Numbered from the stretch's first letter, positions 8,619 through 18,478 are shown. The stretch: 64,000 nucleotides of DNA from Bacteroidota bacterium (GCA_025963775.1 JAOQAD010000041.1:64751-128750), one strand, 5' to 3'. The notes: generated from the letters alone by a model not told the origin. Numbers and translations: made by a program.

Positions 8619-9167
8619 TTAAATGCTATCCTTCTTTTTTTTGTAAATGATGTCCTCGTCCGGAACGCTAATCTTCTCGGCTTTCCGTGATCCTATCCGG
8701 TGTCCGTCGAACAGAATTGTTTTATACCCCGGAGGCAGATTTTTGATCCCAATGGAAAAGAAAAAATAGCAATCGCATTCCTGTGACACGATGATGGTAT
8801 CTGTTTTCCCGTTTTTTCTTTTCACATAGCGCTCCTGTATTTTAATGTCGATGGCCAGGGTATCATGACTAAGCTTTATTTCCGGCCTGAACCTTCCTTC
8901 ACAATTTTCAATAGCGCCAATTCTTAAAAAAAGACTGTCGGCAGACCCGCTGCGCGAAATAAGGCGTTCATCATCGTTGCAAGCCTCCTTACAATCGGAA
9001 TATTCAAAAAGGCTGACCACCGGCTCCGGCTTTGTTAATACTGTATCGGAAACCGGGGCAGCAGGAACTGTATCGATGGCTTTTACCGCAACGCCATTGT
9101 TGCCCGGATGATCGCTGCAGCAAGCAAGCATCATCATAATTATTAATAAGAGGAGCAGTGTTCTCAT
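8619..9167 (-). CDS. Hypothetical lipoprotein (operon gene 6 of 6)
   Basis: Signal peptide plus lipobox-like 'MLACCSD'. Its start overlaps the stop of the upstream gene by 4 nt. Confidence 0.55.
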   Translation of the reverse strand: MRTLLLLLIIMMMLACCSDHPGNNGVAVKAIDTVPAAPVSDTVLTKPEPVVSLFEYSDCKEACNDDERLISRSGSADSLFLRIGAIENCEGRFRPEIKLSHDTLAIDIKIQERYVKRKNGKTDTIIVSQECDCYFFFSIGIKNLPPGYKTILFDGHRIGSRKAEKISVPDEDIIYKKKKDSI

Positions 9168-10117
9168 AACAATGCAATTAACTTTTCAAGTGCTTCCTTC
9201 ACACTTGGGAAATACGTCCCAATGCGCGGATCCATGATGTTTCCGCCGAAGCCAAGGTCTTCATCCGGCGCTGTCGCTTTTATTTTTGTAAGCTCTTCCT
9301 TCAGCTCTTTGGGTTTGAATTCCGTGAGTGTCCACAGGCAGATCACCTGCAGGAACTGGCTTCTTGCGGTATCCCGGATCACGTTCATCAGCTCCTTTTT
9401 TGTTTCGGGAGTGTTGTAAGCGATCAATGCACGGGCTGCAGAAACCTCGTTGTGAAAATTGGCCGTATCGTTCAGGAAAGGAAGGATGTAGGAGTAGTAG
9501 CCTGTAAGGCGGAGGTGATAAATGCATTCCAGCGCCACGTGCTGCGCAAAGAACGTTTTCATTTCCGATTCGCTGAAACCTGCCGGCTTGTGGGAAAGTA
9601 TATCCTTTACATAATCGTTGATGTATTTAGAATCGTAGGGAAGCCCGTGATAGTTGTTGAAAATGGCGGTCATTGTTTTTTCATACACATCCACCGGAAC
9701 CAGCGCCTGGTGATAGCTGTGCCTGTAGGTTGCATGCACGTTGCCTTCATATACGTAATCGAAGCCGGTGCTCGGGGTTGCAATGCAGTACTTGCCCTTA
9801 TCGTTCTTTTTGATAAAGAAATAACTCTCTTTGATATCCCCGAAATCGAAATCGCCGCCATGGCCTTCGGAGCTGCTGCCTTCATGAAGCAGGTAAAAAG
9901 CGGTGATCTCAATTTTACCTTTCAGCTCCGGGCCGCCCAGTGTTTTTATGATCTCGATGGTAACGCCTTTGTCCTCATCAAAGGACTTTACTTTTGCCAG
10001 CACAAAGTATTGCGCTTCTTTAATCACTTTGTCTGCCCAGGGTTCATTCCAGGTGGTGGCGAACGTGTTGGCCGAAAGAATGGCAAAGGCGAGGAGAAGG
10101 AGTGTTTTTAATTTCAT
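9164..10117 (-). CDS. Hypothetical secreted protein with a helical-repeat C-terminal half (operon gene 5)
   Basis: Signal peptide 'MKLKTLLLLAFAILSANTFA'. Translationally coupled to its neighbours. Confidence 0.55.
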   Translation of the reverse strand: MKLKTLLLLAFAILSANTFATTWNEPWADKVIKEAQYFVLAKVKSFDEDKGVTIEIIKTLGGPELKGKIEITAFYLLHEGSSSEGHGGDFDFGDIKESYFFIKKNDKGKYCIATPSTGFDYVYEGNVHATYRHSYHQALVPVDVYEKTMTAIFNNYHGLPYDSKYINDYVKDILSHKPAGFSESEMKTFFAQHVALECIYHLRLTGYYSYILPFLNDTANFHNEVSAARALIAYNTPETKKELMNVIRDTARSQFLQVICLWTLTEFKPKELKEELTKIKATAPDEDLGFGGNIMDPRIGTYFPSVKEALEKLIALL

Positions 10118-10124
10118 GAGGCTT

Positions 10125-10808
10125 TTAGTGTTTTTTCAGTATGATGTGATCCAGCGCCTTTCCGCATTCTACCGGGGCAAGACTATTTCCCGACAAGATC
10201 CATTTTGTCCATGTTAATGTTGGCGGCGACACATTGACCGGGTAACCGGATAAAGTTAAAACGAAATAATTGTTTTCCGTATCCCGTACAAGGTAGGTAT
10301 CATATTCCACCGAGATGCTCCTGGTGTTTTTATCCTTGCATAAAATGTTTCCATTGGAATCTGTCCATAGCGGATGGGAGCAATCATCATTCAACAGGAT
10401 TTTAAAATCAGTGACTACCTGTTCTCCCGATCCCGCCTTGTATTTTATATTGCTTGGCTTTCCGTCAATATAAACCACCGCATTTCCGCGTGTATGAAGT
10501 ATGCTGCTGTCATTAATAATTACATGGATCATGCTGCTGCGCAGCGAATCGATCCTGCTTTCCTGTACTTTCTCAATTGTATAAGGCTTTTCGTAACCGT
10601 AGAGGCAAACGGTGTCTTTGATGATTTTCCATTTTCCTTTTGATGAGGTGCCTCCTCTTGAAAATGAAAGCGAGTATTCAAATGTTGAGTCGGGGTGGAG
10701 TACCATGCTATAAGCAAATTCACCCGTACTCCTGGTGTATGTTCCGGACTGTGACCTGCAGGTGTAAGCGCAGGCAAGTAATACAAGAAGAGAAAGGATA
10801 TTCTTCAT
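10125..10808 (-). CDS. Hypothetical secreted protein (operon gene 4)
   Basis: Signal peptide 'MKNILSLLVLLACAYTCRSQ'. No recognisable domain. Confidence 0.55.
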   Translation of the reverse strand: MKNILSLLVLLACAYTCRSQSGTYTRSTGEFAYSMVLHPDSTFEYSLSFSRGGTSSKGKWKIIKDTVCLYGYEKPYTIEKVQESRIDSLRSSMIHVIINDSSILHTRGNAVVYIDGKPSNIKYKAGSGEQVVTDFKILLNDDCSHPLWTDSNGNILCKDKNTRSISVEYDTYLVRDTENNYFVLTLSGYPVNVSPPTLTWTKWILSGNSLAPVECGKALDHIILKKH

Positions 10809-10812
10809 TGGC

Positions 10813-11775
10813 TTATTGTGTAAAGCTGATCCAGAGGTCGTGTTCTGTTTCGATCATGCCGATCCCGATCCGTTCCGCTTCTTTTATGATCGACTGCTTT
10901 TCTGTTTTATAGTCGCTGATCTTCCTGTCAAAGATATTCGATTCTTTGCAGATAATGCCGGAGAAGCACCTGTAAAAGAACAGGTCGTCAAGGCTCTTTA
11001 CCTTAGCCGGAAAACCTTTGCTTTGGATCTTTTCCTGCGCAAGGTATTCCCTGAGCTCCGGCATGTAGATCCAGTAAAGATCGATCGTATCTTGTGTAAG
11101 CGTGTTCTGCATCACCGGGCAAATCCCGATGATCCTTGTTTCGGAAACAAAGCGGTCGTTGTCGAAAAAGGAATCTTCCTTGATCCTGTATCCGATTACT
11201 TTCATGTCCTTGCTGCTGATGGCATCCGCAGTAAGCTCCGTCCTGTATTCATCATCTTTATACGGCGTGATGTTTTTCAAGAGCATATTTTTTTGCAGCA
11301 AATTGAACAGCCTGTCCTTTTCAAAAAGAAGCTCATTGTTGCTTTCAGGAATGAACCGCCAGATCCGCGTTGCCCAAACCACCATGCGCTCCTTTAAATT
11401 AAAATAATCAATGTATCCTTTCGCGTTGTATTCCGGGTAGTACCGCGGGATGTTCAATAATGCCACAGGCTTGTCGGACGGAGCTGCCGGCACAATGGCT
11501 TTAAAAACAAAGGGGTTTTCATAAATTCGCTGAACCCTTAGCCTCCCGGTTGAATCCCACACCGACCATTTTCCTGTGCGGTAATTGTTTTCAAACTGTC
11601 CTTCCGATTTTTTCTGCCCGTTCTTATAATAAGAAATGTAAGGACCGTCTATCCGCATCCGGCTCGTCTCATAGGAACATTTTACAATCCCGTTCTCAAA
11701 TTCGTGCCTGCTTCTCTGCCCGGGGATGAGCGAAAGAAGGGCCAGCGGCAGCAATAGAAAGATCTGTTTTTTCAT
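10813..11775 (-). CDS. Secreted protein with MORN-variant (YwqK-like) repeats (operon gene 3)
   Basis: Signal peptide, then 'GPYISYYKNGQKKSEGQFENNYRTGKWSVWDSTGRL', typical of MORN-variant repeats. The rest is unassigned. Confidence 0.55.
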   Translation of the reverse strand: MKKQIFLLLPLALLSLIPGQRSRHEFENGIVKCSYETSRMRIDGPYISYYKNGQKKSEGQFENNYRTGKWSVWDSTGRLRVQRIYENPFVFKAIVPAAPSDKPVALLNIPRYYPEYNAKGYIDYFNLKERMVVWATRIWRFIPESNNELLFEKDRLFNLLQKNMLLKNITPYKDDEYRTELTADAISSKDMKVIGYRIKEDSFFDNDRFVSETRIIGICPVMQNTLTQDTIDLYWIYMPELREYLAQEKIQSKGFPAKVKSLDDLFFYRCFSGIICKESNIFDRKISDYKTEKQSIIKEAERIGIGMIETEHDLWISFTQ

Positions 11776-12587
11776 TTGATGTTAAGCCCCCAGTATTTAA
11801 TGATGGCATACGCTGAGGTGCTTTTGTAATGCATTTTGTCCTGCGGCTGCGTTACGTATTCTTTTACATACCTGAATGCGATCTGCCTGTAACCTTCAGT
11901 TGCATAATAGCTGAAGGAATAATTCATCAGCTTTTCCTGCTGGTATACATATGAATTTCCGATCACGAGCTTGCGCTTCATCACCTGCGCTGCATCACTT
12001 GCATGAAAGTAGAACCAGTCGTAGCCCTGCAGGCTGTCTGCGAAATCATAAAAGGATTCATCCTTTGAGTTGAGCAGCCAGTCGGAATAATTTTTATTGA
12101 AGTCCCCGTTTGTTTTCTTCTCTTCATAATAAGCATAAGCGCTCAGCCATTCAGAGAGTGCAGGCAGGCGGTAAATGAAGCTGAGGCTGTCGCCGTGGTT
12201 CTCTTTCTGCGTTTTCCATTTGCAGAATTTCATGGCGTTGTCCCAGGAAATGCCGAGCACCGGGAAATCATCATATTCAGAGTTGCTGATGTAGTTGAGG
12301 TAAACATCCTTTGGGGCGATGCCTGTATCGGGTAAACTTTTTTGATACAGCTCCATGGAAGAATCTTTTATTGCCGATAAGTATTCCTTGTATTCACGGA
12401 AAGTAACAAGATCGCTGATCTCAAAATCATGGATTTGCTGTTTGAGAGGCTTTGCTGTTTCGCCAGTGAGCTTGCTGAGATCAGGAGTTTGTGCGGGTAT
12501 CGCATGCAGGCGGTTTTGTGCACGAAGCGGGCTGCCCGTAATTGTAAGGCAGAAAAAAAGAAGGAATAAAGAAGATGGATGTTTCAA
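11772..12587 (-). CDS. Secreted FGE-sulfatase (SUMF1/GldJ/GldK-like) domain protein, short form (operon gene 2)
   Basis: Signal peptide 'MKHPSSLFLLFFCLTITGSPLRAQ'. Motif 'DFPVLGISWDNAMKFCKWKT' matches the FGE-sulfatase core ('PV..VSW.DA..YC.W'). Confidence 0.55.
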   Translation of the reverse strand: MKHPSSLFLLFFCLTITGSPLRAQNRLHAIPAQTPDLSKLTGETAKPLKQQIHDFEISDLVTFREYKEYLSAIKDSSMELYQKSLPDTGIAPKDVYLNYISNSEYDDFPVLGISWDNAMKFCKWKTQKENHGDSLSFIYRLPALSEWLSAYAYYEEKKTNGDFNKNYSDWLLNSKDESFYDFADSLQGYDWFYFHASDAAQVMKRKLVIGNSYVYQQEKLMNYSFSYYATEGYRQIAFRYVKEYVTQPQDKMHYKSTSAYAIIKYWGLNIK

Positions 12588-13852
12588 TTTTTCGGGCTTT
12601 TATTCAATCGTTTCAACTGCTTGTCGATGTAGGCTTCCGTTGGAAGCAGCGACAGCTGGATGCGCTTTGCATAGCGGATACTGTCAGTAATGTCCTTGTT
12701 CTTTTGTTCAATGATGGTGTTCGCTTTTTTCAGCTCCACATTCTTCAGGCGCTCGATCTCTGTTTCCTTCTCCGATTTCTCCTTCTCAAATTTTGTCTGG
12801 ATCCTTTTGATGCTGTTGGCCGATTCATCACTTAGCAGCTGGGATTTCAGCGCAAAGAACTTTTCGAAATTACTTAAGGCCTGTTCCGTATCGTTCAGTT
12901 CCTTGTAAGTGGTATACAGCAGCTGGAAGAGACGCACCTGCTTTTGCCTCGCCTTCGCCTGTTGTGCAAGCTCAAGTCCTTTTTGGAATTGACCAAGGGC
13001 TGCCGGATATTGCTTCAGCAGCAAATAGATCTCGCCCAGCTCTGTGTAGCTCGTGATCAGTCCCTGCACATGATCGATCTCTTTCCGCAGCTCGATGCTT
13101 TCATTGAGAAAGGCAATGGCCTTATCATAATTCAGGTTTGCTTTTTCGAGCAGGCCCATATCATTGAGCGCCCTGCTCAGGCCTGAGTACTGTCCTATTT
13201 CGCGGTATACGCCTGCAGCATATTCCAGGAGCGGGATCGCTTCCTGCACACGGCTCTGAATGATCGCTATTGAAGCAAGGCCATTGGAAGAGCGGGCTTT
13301 GCCATATTCATTTTCATCAATGGTAAAAAGCTCCAGTGCCCTTTGGTAGCTGATAGAAGAATTCTCAAAATCCTTGGTATCGAAATAAAAAATGGCGAGC
13401 GCGAAATAATGCCAGGCGTTATTCTCTACCTGTTTTTCTTCAGAAAGCTTAATGGTTTCGAAAATGGTGTTGAACCCTTTTTCGTATTCCCCGCGGAACC
13501 AATGATGGTACGACAGCAGGTTCAGCCCCATTGTGTACCAGCCGATATGCTCTCTGAAAATGTCTGCCATCACTTCACGGTCGGGAATAATGCCGGTGTG
13601 CTTCGACATTGCATTTCCCTGGGTAACACCGCCAAAGAAACCGAGGTTGTATTTGCAGATGAGCTCTCCCGCTGCATAATCCATTTCCTTTGAGATGCTG
13701 ATCCCCTGGTCAATTACAGGAATGATGCTGTGGCCGAATGCATCGCCGTAAATAATGACAAAGTCGATGATCTCGCCGACCTGCTTCTTTTTATCAGGGA
13801 TCGCGTCAATCCTTTGCTGCAATTCATGGAGTATTTCGGAAGGCTTTTTCAA
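12584..13852 (-). CDS. TPR-repeat protein with a coiled-coil C-terminus that ends at the onset of a PP2C/SpoIIE-type motif (operon gene 1; possibly a truncated phosphatase)
   Basis: Multiple TPR-like helical repeats and a coiled coil ('...KEKSEKETEIERLKNVELKK...'). The last residues 'ITDSIRYAKRIQLSLLPTEAY' resemble the 'IQ..LLP' block that precedes PP2C catalytic domains. The stop follows immediately. Confidence 0.6.
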   Translation of the reverse strand: MKKPSEILHELQQRIDAIPDKKKQVGEIIDFVIIYGDAFGHSIIPVIDQGISISKEMDYAAGELICKYNLGFFGGVTQGNAMSKHTGIIPDREVMADIFREHIGWYTMGLNLLSYHHWFRGEYEKGFNTIFETIKLSEEKQVENNAWHYFALAIFYFDTKDFENSSISYQRALELFTIDENEYGKARSSNGLASIAIIQSRVQEAIPLLEYAAGVYREIGQYSGLSRALNDMGLLEKANLNYDKAIAFLNESIELRKEIDHVQGLITSYTELGEIYLLLKQYPAALGQFQKGLELAQQAKARQKQVRLFQLLYTTYKELNDTEQALSNFEKFFALKSQLLSDESANSIKRIQTKFEKEKSEKETEIERLKNVELKKANTIIEQKNKDITDSIRYAKRIQLSLLPTEAYIDKQLKRLNKSPKN

Positions 13853-13877
13853 GTAATATCCAGGTAGATTATTATTT

Positions 13878-13885
13878 CAAATCTA
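13878..13885 (-). promoter_or_regulatory. Candidate -7 box ('tagatttg' on the minus strand) for the 6-gene operon
   Basis: TAnnTTTG match 26 nt upstream of the TPR gene start. Confidence 0.3.
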
Positions 13886-13910
13886 CTGAATTTTACTTAA
13901 AGAAAAATGT

Positions 13911-15149
13911 TTATTGTTTCATGTTTTCAGCATGTGCTTCTAACAAACCGGCATCAGTTACCGCAGGTAGCGCATTGATGCAAAGCCATGGCAGCTGGTC
14001 CAGCGCTTTCCAGAATGCAGCGCTGTTGTCGGCGCGCGAATTAAAAAGGAATGCCCATGTATAGCCGCTGCTTGTGTGGCAGATGAAGGAAGCAGTCCCG
14101 CTCAGGCTGCCGGTATGCCAGCTGTTGCGGCCATTCACCGACCAGCCTTTCGCATAGCCGTGATTCACAGCTCCCGGGGTAATCATTAAGGAGACCATCT
14201 CCGGATTTAAAATGTCGGGAACGTTGTTGTCCCCGTCCACAGCCAGCATCAGCTTTGTAAGGTCTTCCGCGGAAGCGATCCAGCCGCCGTGTGCATTCAT
14301 GGCTTCAAGGTTAAATCCCCCGTAAGGCGCGGGCACCATTGTTCCGTCGCCGTAGCAGGATTCCATGGTTGATGTTGATGCGTATTCTGCTTCGCGCTCC
14401 TGTTTGCCGGCGGCTAAGTTTTTCCCGGGAAGGATATCATGCAGGCCCAGCGGGTCGAGGATCGCGCTTTTTACATAGGCTTCATAGCTCATCCCCGAAA
14501 TTTTTTCGATCACTTTTCCCAGCACGAGATAGCCTACATTAGAGTATGAATAGCTTGTTCCGGGCTCATGATGCAGGCCTTTTAACAAGGAAAATTTGAT
14601 CAGGGTGGAATCGCCCACAGGGTTTGCTTCTCCTAAAACGGAAGTGACATGCGTTGGAAAAAATGCAGGATCGGAATGCGAGTAGCCATCGCAGGGCATT
14701 GCGCGGTCCCAGCCGGAAGTGTGCTCCAGCAGCTCCTGTACGGTAATGGAATAAATGCGTGGATCGCTCACCACTCCTAAATAATAAGGCTGATCAAGGA
14801 TTTTTCCTTTTCCGAAAACGGTATCGCTCAGCGACAATCTTCCGTCCTGCACCAATTTCATCACTGCAATGGACGTAATGGGCTTGGATATGCTTGCGAT
14901 CCGGTACAGTGTGTTCTGCTGCGCTGGTTCCCTGTGCTGCTGGTCGGAAAAGCCGAATCCGCGGTTATAGATCAGCTTGCCGTCCTTTGATATAGCAACG
15001 GAAGCGCCCGGGATGTTCCATGTTTCCATGAACTGACCCACCTGTTGGTCGACCTGCTCAAAGCCTGCGGAACTGGTTCCTGTTTGCGCCTTTACAGTAA
15101 AAAGTGAAGCAAGCAGCAATATGCCGGCCGCCAGAATCCTGTGTTTCAT
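13911..15149 (-). CDS. Secreted serine hydrolase of the beta-lactamase / penicillin-binding-protein superfamily
   Basis: S-x-x-K motif 'SISK' near the N-terminus, and a signal peptide from the internal start 'MKHRILAAGILLLASLFTVKAQ'. The ORF track extends it 39 codons further upstream. Confidence 0.75.
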   Translation of the reverse strand: MKHRILAAGILLLASLFTVKAQTGTSSAGFEQVDQQVGQFMETWNIPGASVAISKDGKLIYNRGFGFSDQQHREPAQQNTLYRIASISKPITSIAVMKLVQDGRLSLSDTVFGKGKILDQPYYLGVVSDPRIYSITVQELLEHTSGWDRAMPCDGYSHSDPAFFPTHVTSVLGEANPVGDSTLIKFSLLKGLHHEPGTSYSYSNVGYLVLGKVIEKISGMSYEAYVKSAILDPLGLHDILPGKNLAAGKQEREAEYASTSTMESCYGDGTMVPAPYGGFNLEAMNAHGGWIASAEDLTKLMLAVDGDNNVPDILNPEMVSLMITPGAVNHGYAKGWSVNGRNSWHTGSLSGTASFICHTSSGYTWAFLFNSRADNSAAFWKALDQLPWLCINALPAVTDAGLLEAHAENMKQ

Positions 15150-15361
15150 TTTGTGATGTTGCGGGTGTTCTAAGCCCTCTGTGTAATTGTTCCGATAACG
15201 CCCGGATGAACCTAAAATTGCGGATTTGCAATGGTTTTTCCTTTGGGAAGGGTGTTTTTTAGACAAAAGGGCAAAAAGTATCGTTGATTCAGGAACGTCC
15301 TGTTTTAAGAGCGTTGAAAAGAGGCCCGAATTTTATCTTTTTTTAAATTTAAATTATTGTT

Positions 15362-15369
15362 TAAGTTTG
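15362..15369 (+). promoter_or_regulatory. Candidate -7 box 'taagtttg' for the bio operon
   Basis: TAnnTTTG match 25 nt upstream of the bioB ATG. Confidence 0.3.
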
Positions 15370-15393
15370 TAGGGCACAAAAACAGCAGATTTT

Positions 15394-16392
15394 ATGACAG
15401 CCATCAGACATAACTGGAGCACCGAAGAAATTTCAGAAATATACAATATGCCTTTGCTGGAACTTGTTTTCCGCGCACAGCAGGTGCACCGCGAATTCAA
15501 TGAAGCCAACGAAGTGCAGGTAAGCTCGCTGCTTTCCATCAAAACCGGCGGCTGTGCCGAGGATTGCAGCTACTGCCCGCAGGCGGCACGCTACAACACA
15601 GGGATCGAAGTTCACAAGCTGATGACTGTTTCGCAGGTAAGCGAGGCGGCTGATAAGGCAAAAGCCGGCGGGGCTTCCCGTTTGTGCATGGGCGCTGCAT
15701 GGCGCGAAGTGCGCGATAACCGCGATTTCGACCGCGTGCTTGAAATGGTGAAAACCGTGAATGAAAAAGGAATGGAAGTATGCTGCACACTGGGCATGCT
15801 CACGGAAACACAGGCGCAGAAGCTTGCAGATGCAGGACTTTACGCGTACAACCACAATCTCGATACATCTGAAGAAAGCTATAAAAAGATCATCACCACA
15901 CGCACGTATGACGACCGCCTTGACACGATCAAAAATGTGCGCAAAGCGAAAGTTTCCGTTTGTTCCGGCGGGATCATCGGCCTTGGAGAAACAGTGGAGG
16001 ACAGGGTGAAAATGCTCCAGACCTTATCGTCGATGGAAGTGCATCCTGAATCAGTGCCAATCAATGCGCTTGTTCCTGTGAAAGGTACGCCGCTGGAAGA
16101 TCAGCCGCTGGTGCCGATCTGGGACATGGTGCGAATGATCGCAACAACACGTATTGTCATTCCAGAAACCGTTGTCCGCCTTTCCGCCGGAAGAACGCAG
16201 ATGTCGCTCGAAGGGCAGGCATTGTGCTTCCTGGCAGGTGCAAATTCCATTTTTGCAGGAGATAAATTGCTGACCACTCCCAATCCTGAATTTTCGGAGG
16301 ATATGGAAATGTTTAAGATCTTCGGATTAAGTCCGCGCAAAGCATTTAAAGGGACGGAGCAGCCTGTTTCAAAGCTGCCTGTGGAAGCATAG
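15394..16392 (+). CDS. bioB: Biotin synthase (radical SAM)
   Basis: 'CAEDCSYC' radical-SAM cysteine motif and full-length BioB-like sequence. Confidence 0.93.
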   Translation: MTAIRHNWSTEEISEIYNMPLLELVFRAQQVHREFNEANEVQVSSLLSIKTGGCAEDCSYCPQAARYNTGIEVHKLMTVSQVSEAADKAKAGGASRLCMGAAWREVRDNRDFDRVLEMVKTVNEKGMEVCCTLGMLTETQAQKLADAGLYAYNHNLDTSEESYKKIITTRTYDDRLDTIKNVRKAKVSVCSGGIIGLGETVEDRVKMLQTLSSMEVHPESVPINALVPVKGTPLEDQPLVPIWDMVRMIATTRIVIPETVVRLSAGRTQMSLEGQALCFLAGANSIFAGDKLLTTPNPEFSEDMEMFKIFGLSPRKAFKGTEQPVSKLPVEA

Positions 16393-16426
16393 GATTTCAG
16401 AATCCCGGAATTTTAAAATTTGGATC

Positions 16427-17575
16427 ATGAGTTTTTCTGCGGATCAGTATTTATCGAAATCCATTGATAAGCGCAGGGAGCACAATGCTTTCCGGCAGCT
16501 GGTCCATCATTCACACCTTACTGACCTTTGCAGCAACGATTACCTCGGATTTGCCGGTTCGCCGGAATTGAGAGTTGCCATTGATAAAGAATACACTTCG
16601 CTTCCTGTCCGGCTGAATGGTTCCGGTGGTTCACGATTGCTTTCGGGCAACAGCCTGTATGCCGAAAACCTTGAAAAAAAGATCGCTGCTTTTCACGCGG
16701 CAGAATCCGGCCTGGTTTATAATTCGGGCTACGATGCCAATGTGGGCTTGTTCTCAGCTATCGGGCAAAAAGATGCTTCCATCATTTACGATGAGCTGAT
16801 CCATGCTTCGGTGCATGACGGGATCAAAATGTCGCAGGCGGCAGCGTTCATGTTCCGGCACAACGACCTTTTTCACCTCGAAGAGCGCCTGAAGATCGCG
16901 GAAGGCGCCGTTTACGTGGCAGTGGAAAGTATTTATTCCATGGATGGAGATGAAGCATTGCTCAGCGGGATCCTTGCGCTTTGTAAAAGATACAATGCCG
17001 GTCTTATCGTGGATGAGGCCCATGCAACGGGCGTTACAGGTAATGGAGGCAAGGGCCTGGTGCAGCAATTGGGCATTGAAAAAGAAGTGTTTGCACGCGT
17101 GCATACCTTCGGAAAAGCATTGGGCTGCCATGGTGCCATTGTGCTGGGAAGCCCGCTTTTACGTGATTATCTTGTAAATTTTTCCCGCGCATTCATTTAT
17201 ACCACCGCATTGCCGCTGCATAGCCTTGTCGCGGTTAACCAGGCTTATGAGCTGTTGGCTAAAAGCCAGTCCGGCATTGATTCATTGCACCAACTTATAA
17301 AAGCATTCAAGGCCAAAGCTGCTGAAAACCCTGCCATCAGCCTTACTTCCAGCAACAGCCCGATCCAGTGTGTGGTGGTGCCGGGAAACGATGATGTGAA
17401 GAACCTTGCTGCCCTGCTGCAAAAGGATGGCTTTGACGTCCGCCCGATCCTAAGCCCCACCGTGCAGAAAGGCCGGGAAAGGCTGCGCATCTGCCTGCAC
17501 CTGTTCAACACCACAGAAGAGCTTGGTCGCTTAATTGCAGCGGTTAATAGCCACTTACAAACAATTAATAGTTAA
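16427..17575 (+). CDS. bioF: 8-amino-7-oxononanoate synthase
   Basis: PLP-dependent class-II aminotransferase fold ('SNDYLGF', 'SMDGD', 'DEAHATG', 'TFGKALG'). Confidence 0.88.
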   Translation: MSFSADQYLSKSIDKRREHNAFRQLVHHSHLTDLCSNDYLGFAGSPELRVAIDKEYTSLPVRLNGSGGSRLLSGNSLYAENLEKKIAAFHAAESGLVYNSGYDANVGLFSAIGQKDASIIYDELIHASVHDGIKMSQAAAFMFRHNDLFHLEERLKIAEGAVYVAVESIYSMDGDEALLSGILALCKRYNAGLIVDEAHATGVTGNGGKGLVQQLGIEKEVFARVHTFGKALGCHGAIVLGSPLLRDYLVNFSRAFIYTTALPLHSLVAVNQAYELLAKSQSGIDSLHQLIKAFKAKAAENPAISLTSSNSPIQCVVVPGNDDVKNLAALLQKDGFDVRPILSPTVQKGRERLRICLHLFNTTEELGRLIAAVNSHLQTINS

Positions 17576-17651
17576 AAACTGTAAAGCTATTTTCGTGCTT
17601 AAGTAACCAAATTTTTATAATTTCGTTGAAACACAGACGTAAAATCTATTT

Positions 17652-18278
17652 ATGAGAAAATTATTCGTTACCGGAATCGGGACAGATGTGGGCAAAACGG
17701 TTGTTTCGTCCGTGCTGGTAGAAGCCCTGAAAGCTGACTACTGGAAGCCTGTTCAGACAGGAAGTTTCTTCTCGACTGATACCGCCAAGGTTCAGAAATG
17801 GGTGTCGAACTCCGAAAGTAAATTTCATCCTGAAGGATATATGCTGAAGCAATACATGTCGCCACACGCTGCTGCGGAGCTGGAAGACATCGAGATCAGG
17901 CTCAGCGACCTCCGGCTACCTGAAACAAACAATACACTCATCATTGAAGGCGCCGGCGGATTGATGGTGCCATTGAACCGCACGGAGTTCATGATCGATA
18001 TGATCCAGCAGTTTGATGCCGAAGTGGTGCTGGTGATCCAGAATTACCTGGGCAGCATCAATCACACGCTTTTATCCATTGACGCATTAAAGAACAGGAA
18101 ATTGAAAATATTAGGCGTTGTTTTTAACGGCGCGCCTCACCAGCTTTCACAGGATATTATTATGGATTACTGCCAGCTGAAAGTGCTGGGAAGGATCAAC
18201 AAGGAAAAAGACCTGACGCCGGAGATCATTAAAAATTATGCAAATGAGTTTGAGTATTTGCAGAAGGTTGCGGTATAG
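17652..18278 (+). CDS. bioD: ATP-dependent dethiobiotin synthetase
   Basis: 'FVTGIGTDVGKTVVS' P-loop and BioD length. Confidence 0.88.
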   Translation: MRKLFVTGIGTDVGKTVVSSVLVEALKADYWKPVQTGSFFSTDTAKVQKWVSNSESKFHPEGYMLKQYMSPHAAAELEDIEIRLSDLRLPETNNTLIIEGAGGLMVPLNRTEFMIDMIQQFDAEVVLVIQNYLGSINHTLLSIDALKNRKLKILGVVFNGAPHQLSQDIIMDYCQLKVLGRINKEKDLTPEIIKNYANEFEYLQKVAV

Positions 18279-18300
18279 CCACGGATTGCACAGATTAAAT

Positions 18301-18330
18301 GAAGCGAAGATTGTTCTTCGCTTTTTTTAT
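18301..18330 (+). terminator. Rho-independent terminator after bioD
   Basis: Hairpin 'aagcgaaga-ttgt-tcttcgctt' followed by 'tttttat'. Confidence 0.55.
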
Positions 18331-18355
18331 TTCTTAATTCATGCTTAAATGTTTC

Positions 18356-18410
18356 TGTCATGTGCTCCGCCTGCCCCGGACTTCGATCCGGGGACACGGC
18401 ATCTCTCCGT
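18356..18410. repeat. GTCAT-type nested-hairpin repeat (related to 42907-42960)
   Basis: 'tgtcatgtgctccgcctgccccggacttcgatccggggacacggcat'. The inner stem is 'ccccgga/tccgggg'. Confidence 0.7.
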
Positions 18411-18478
18411 AATCAAACGGTGGTCTCCTCTTTGATACCGTAGAAGATGACAAAAAAACACGATATTTATCAGGATTT

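Noticed and set aside
12584-13852. Calling the TPR protein a complete histidine-kinase or SpoIIE phosphatase
   Set aside because: No HisKA/HATPase or PP2C catalytic residues are present. Only the linker motif preceding a PP2C domain is seen, so it is reported as a possibly truncated TPR protein.
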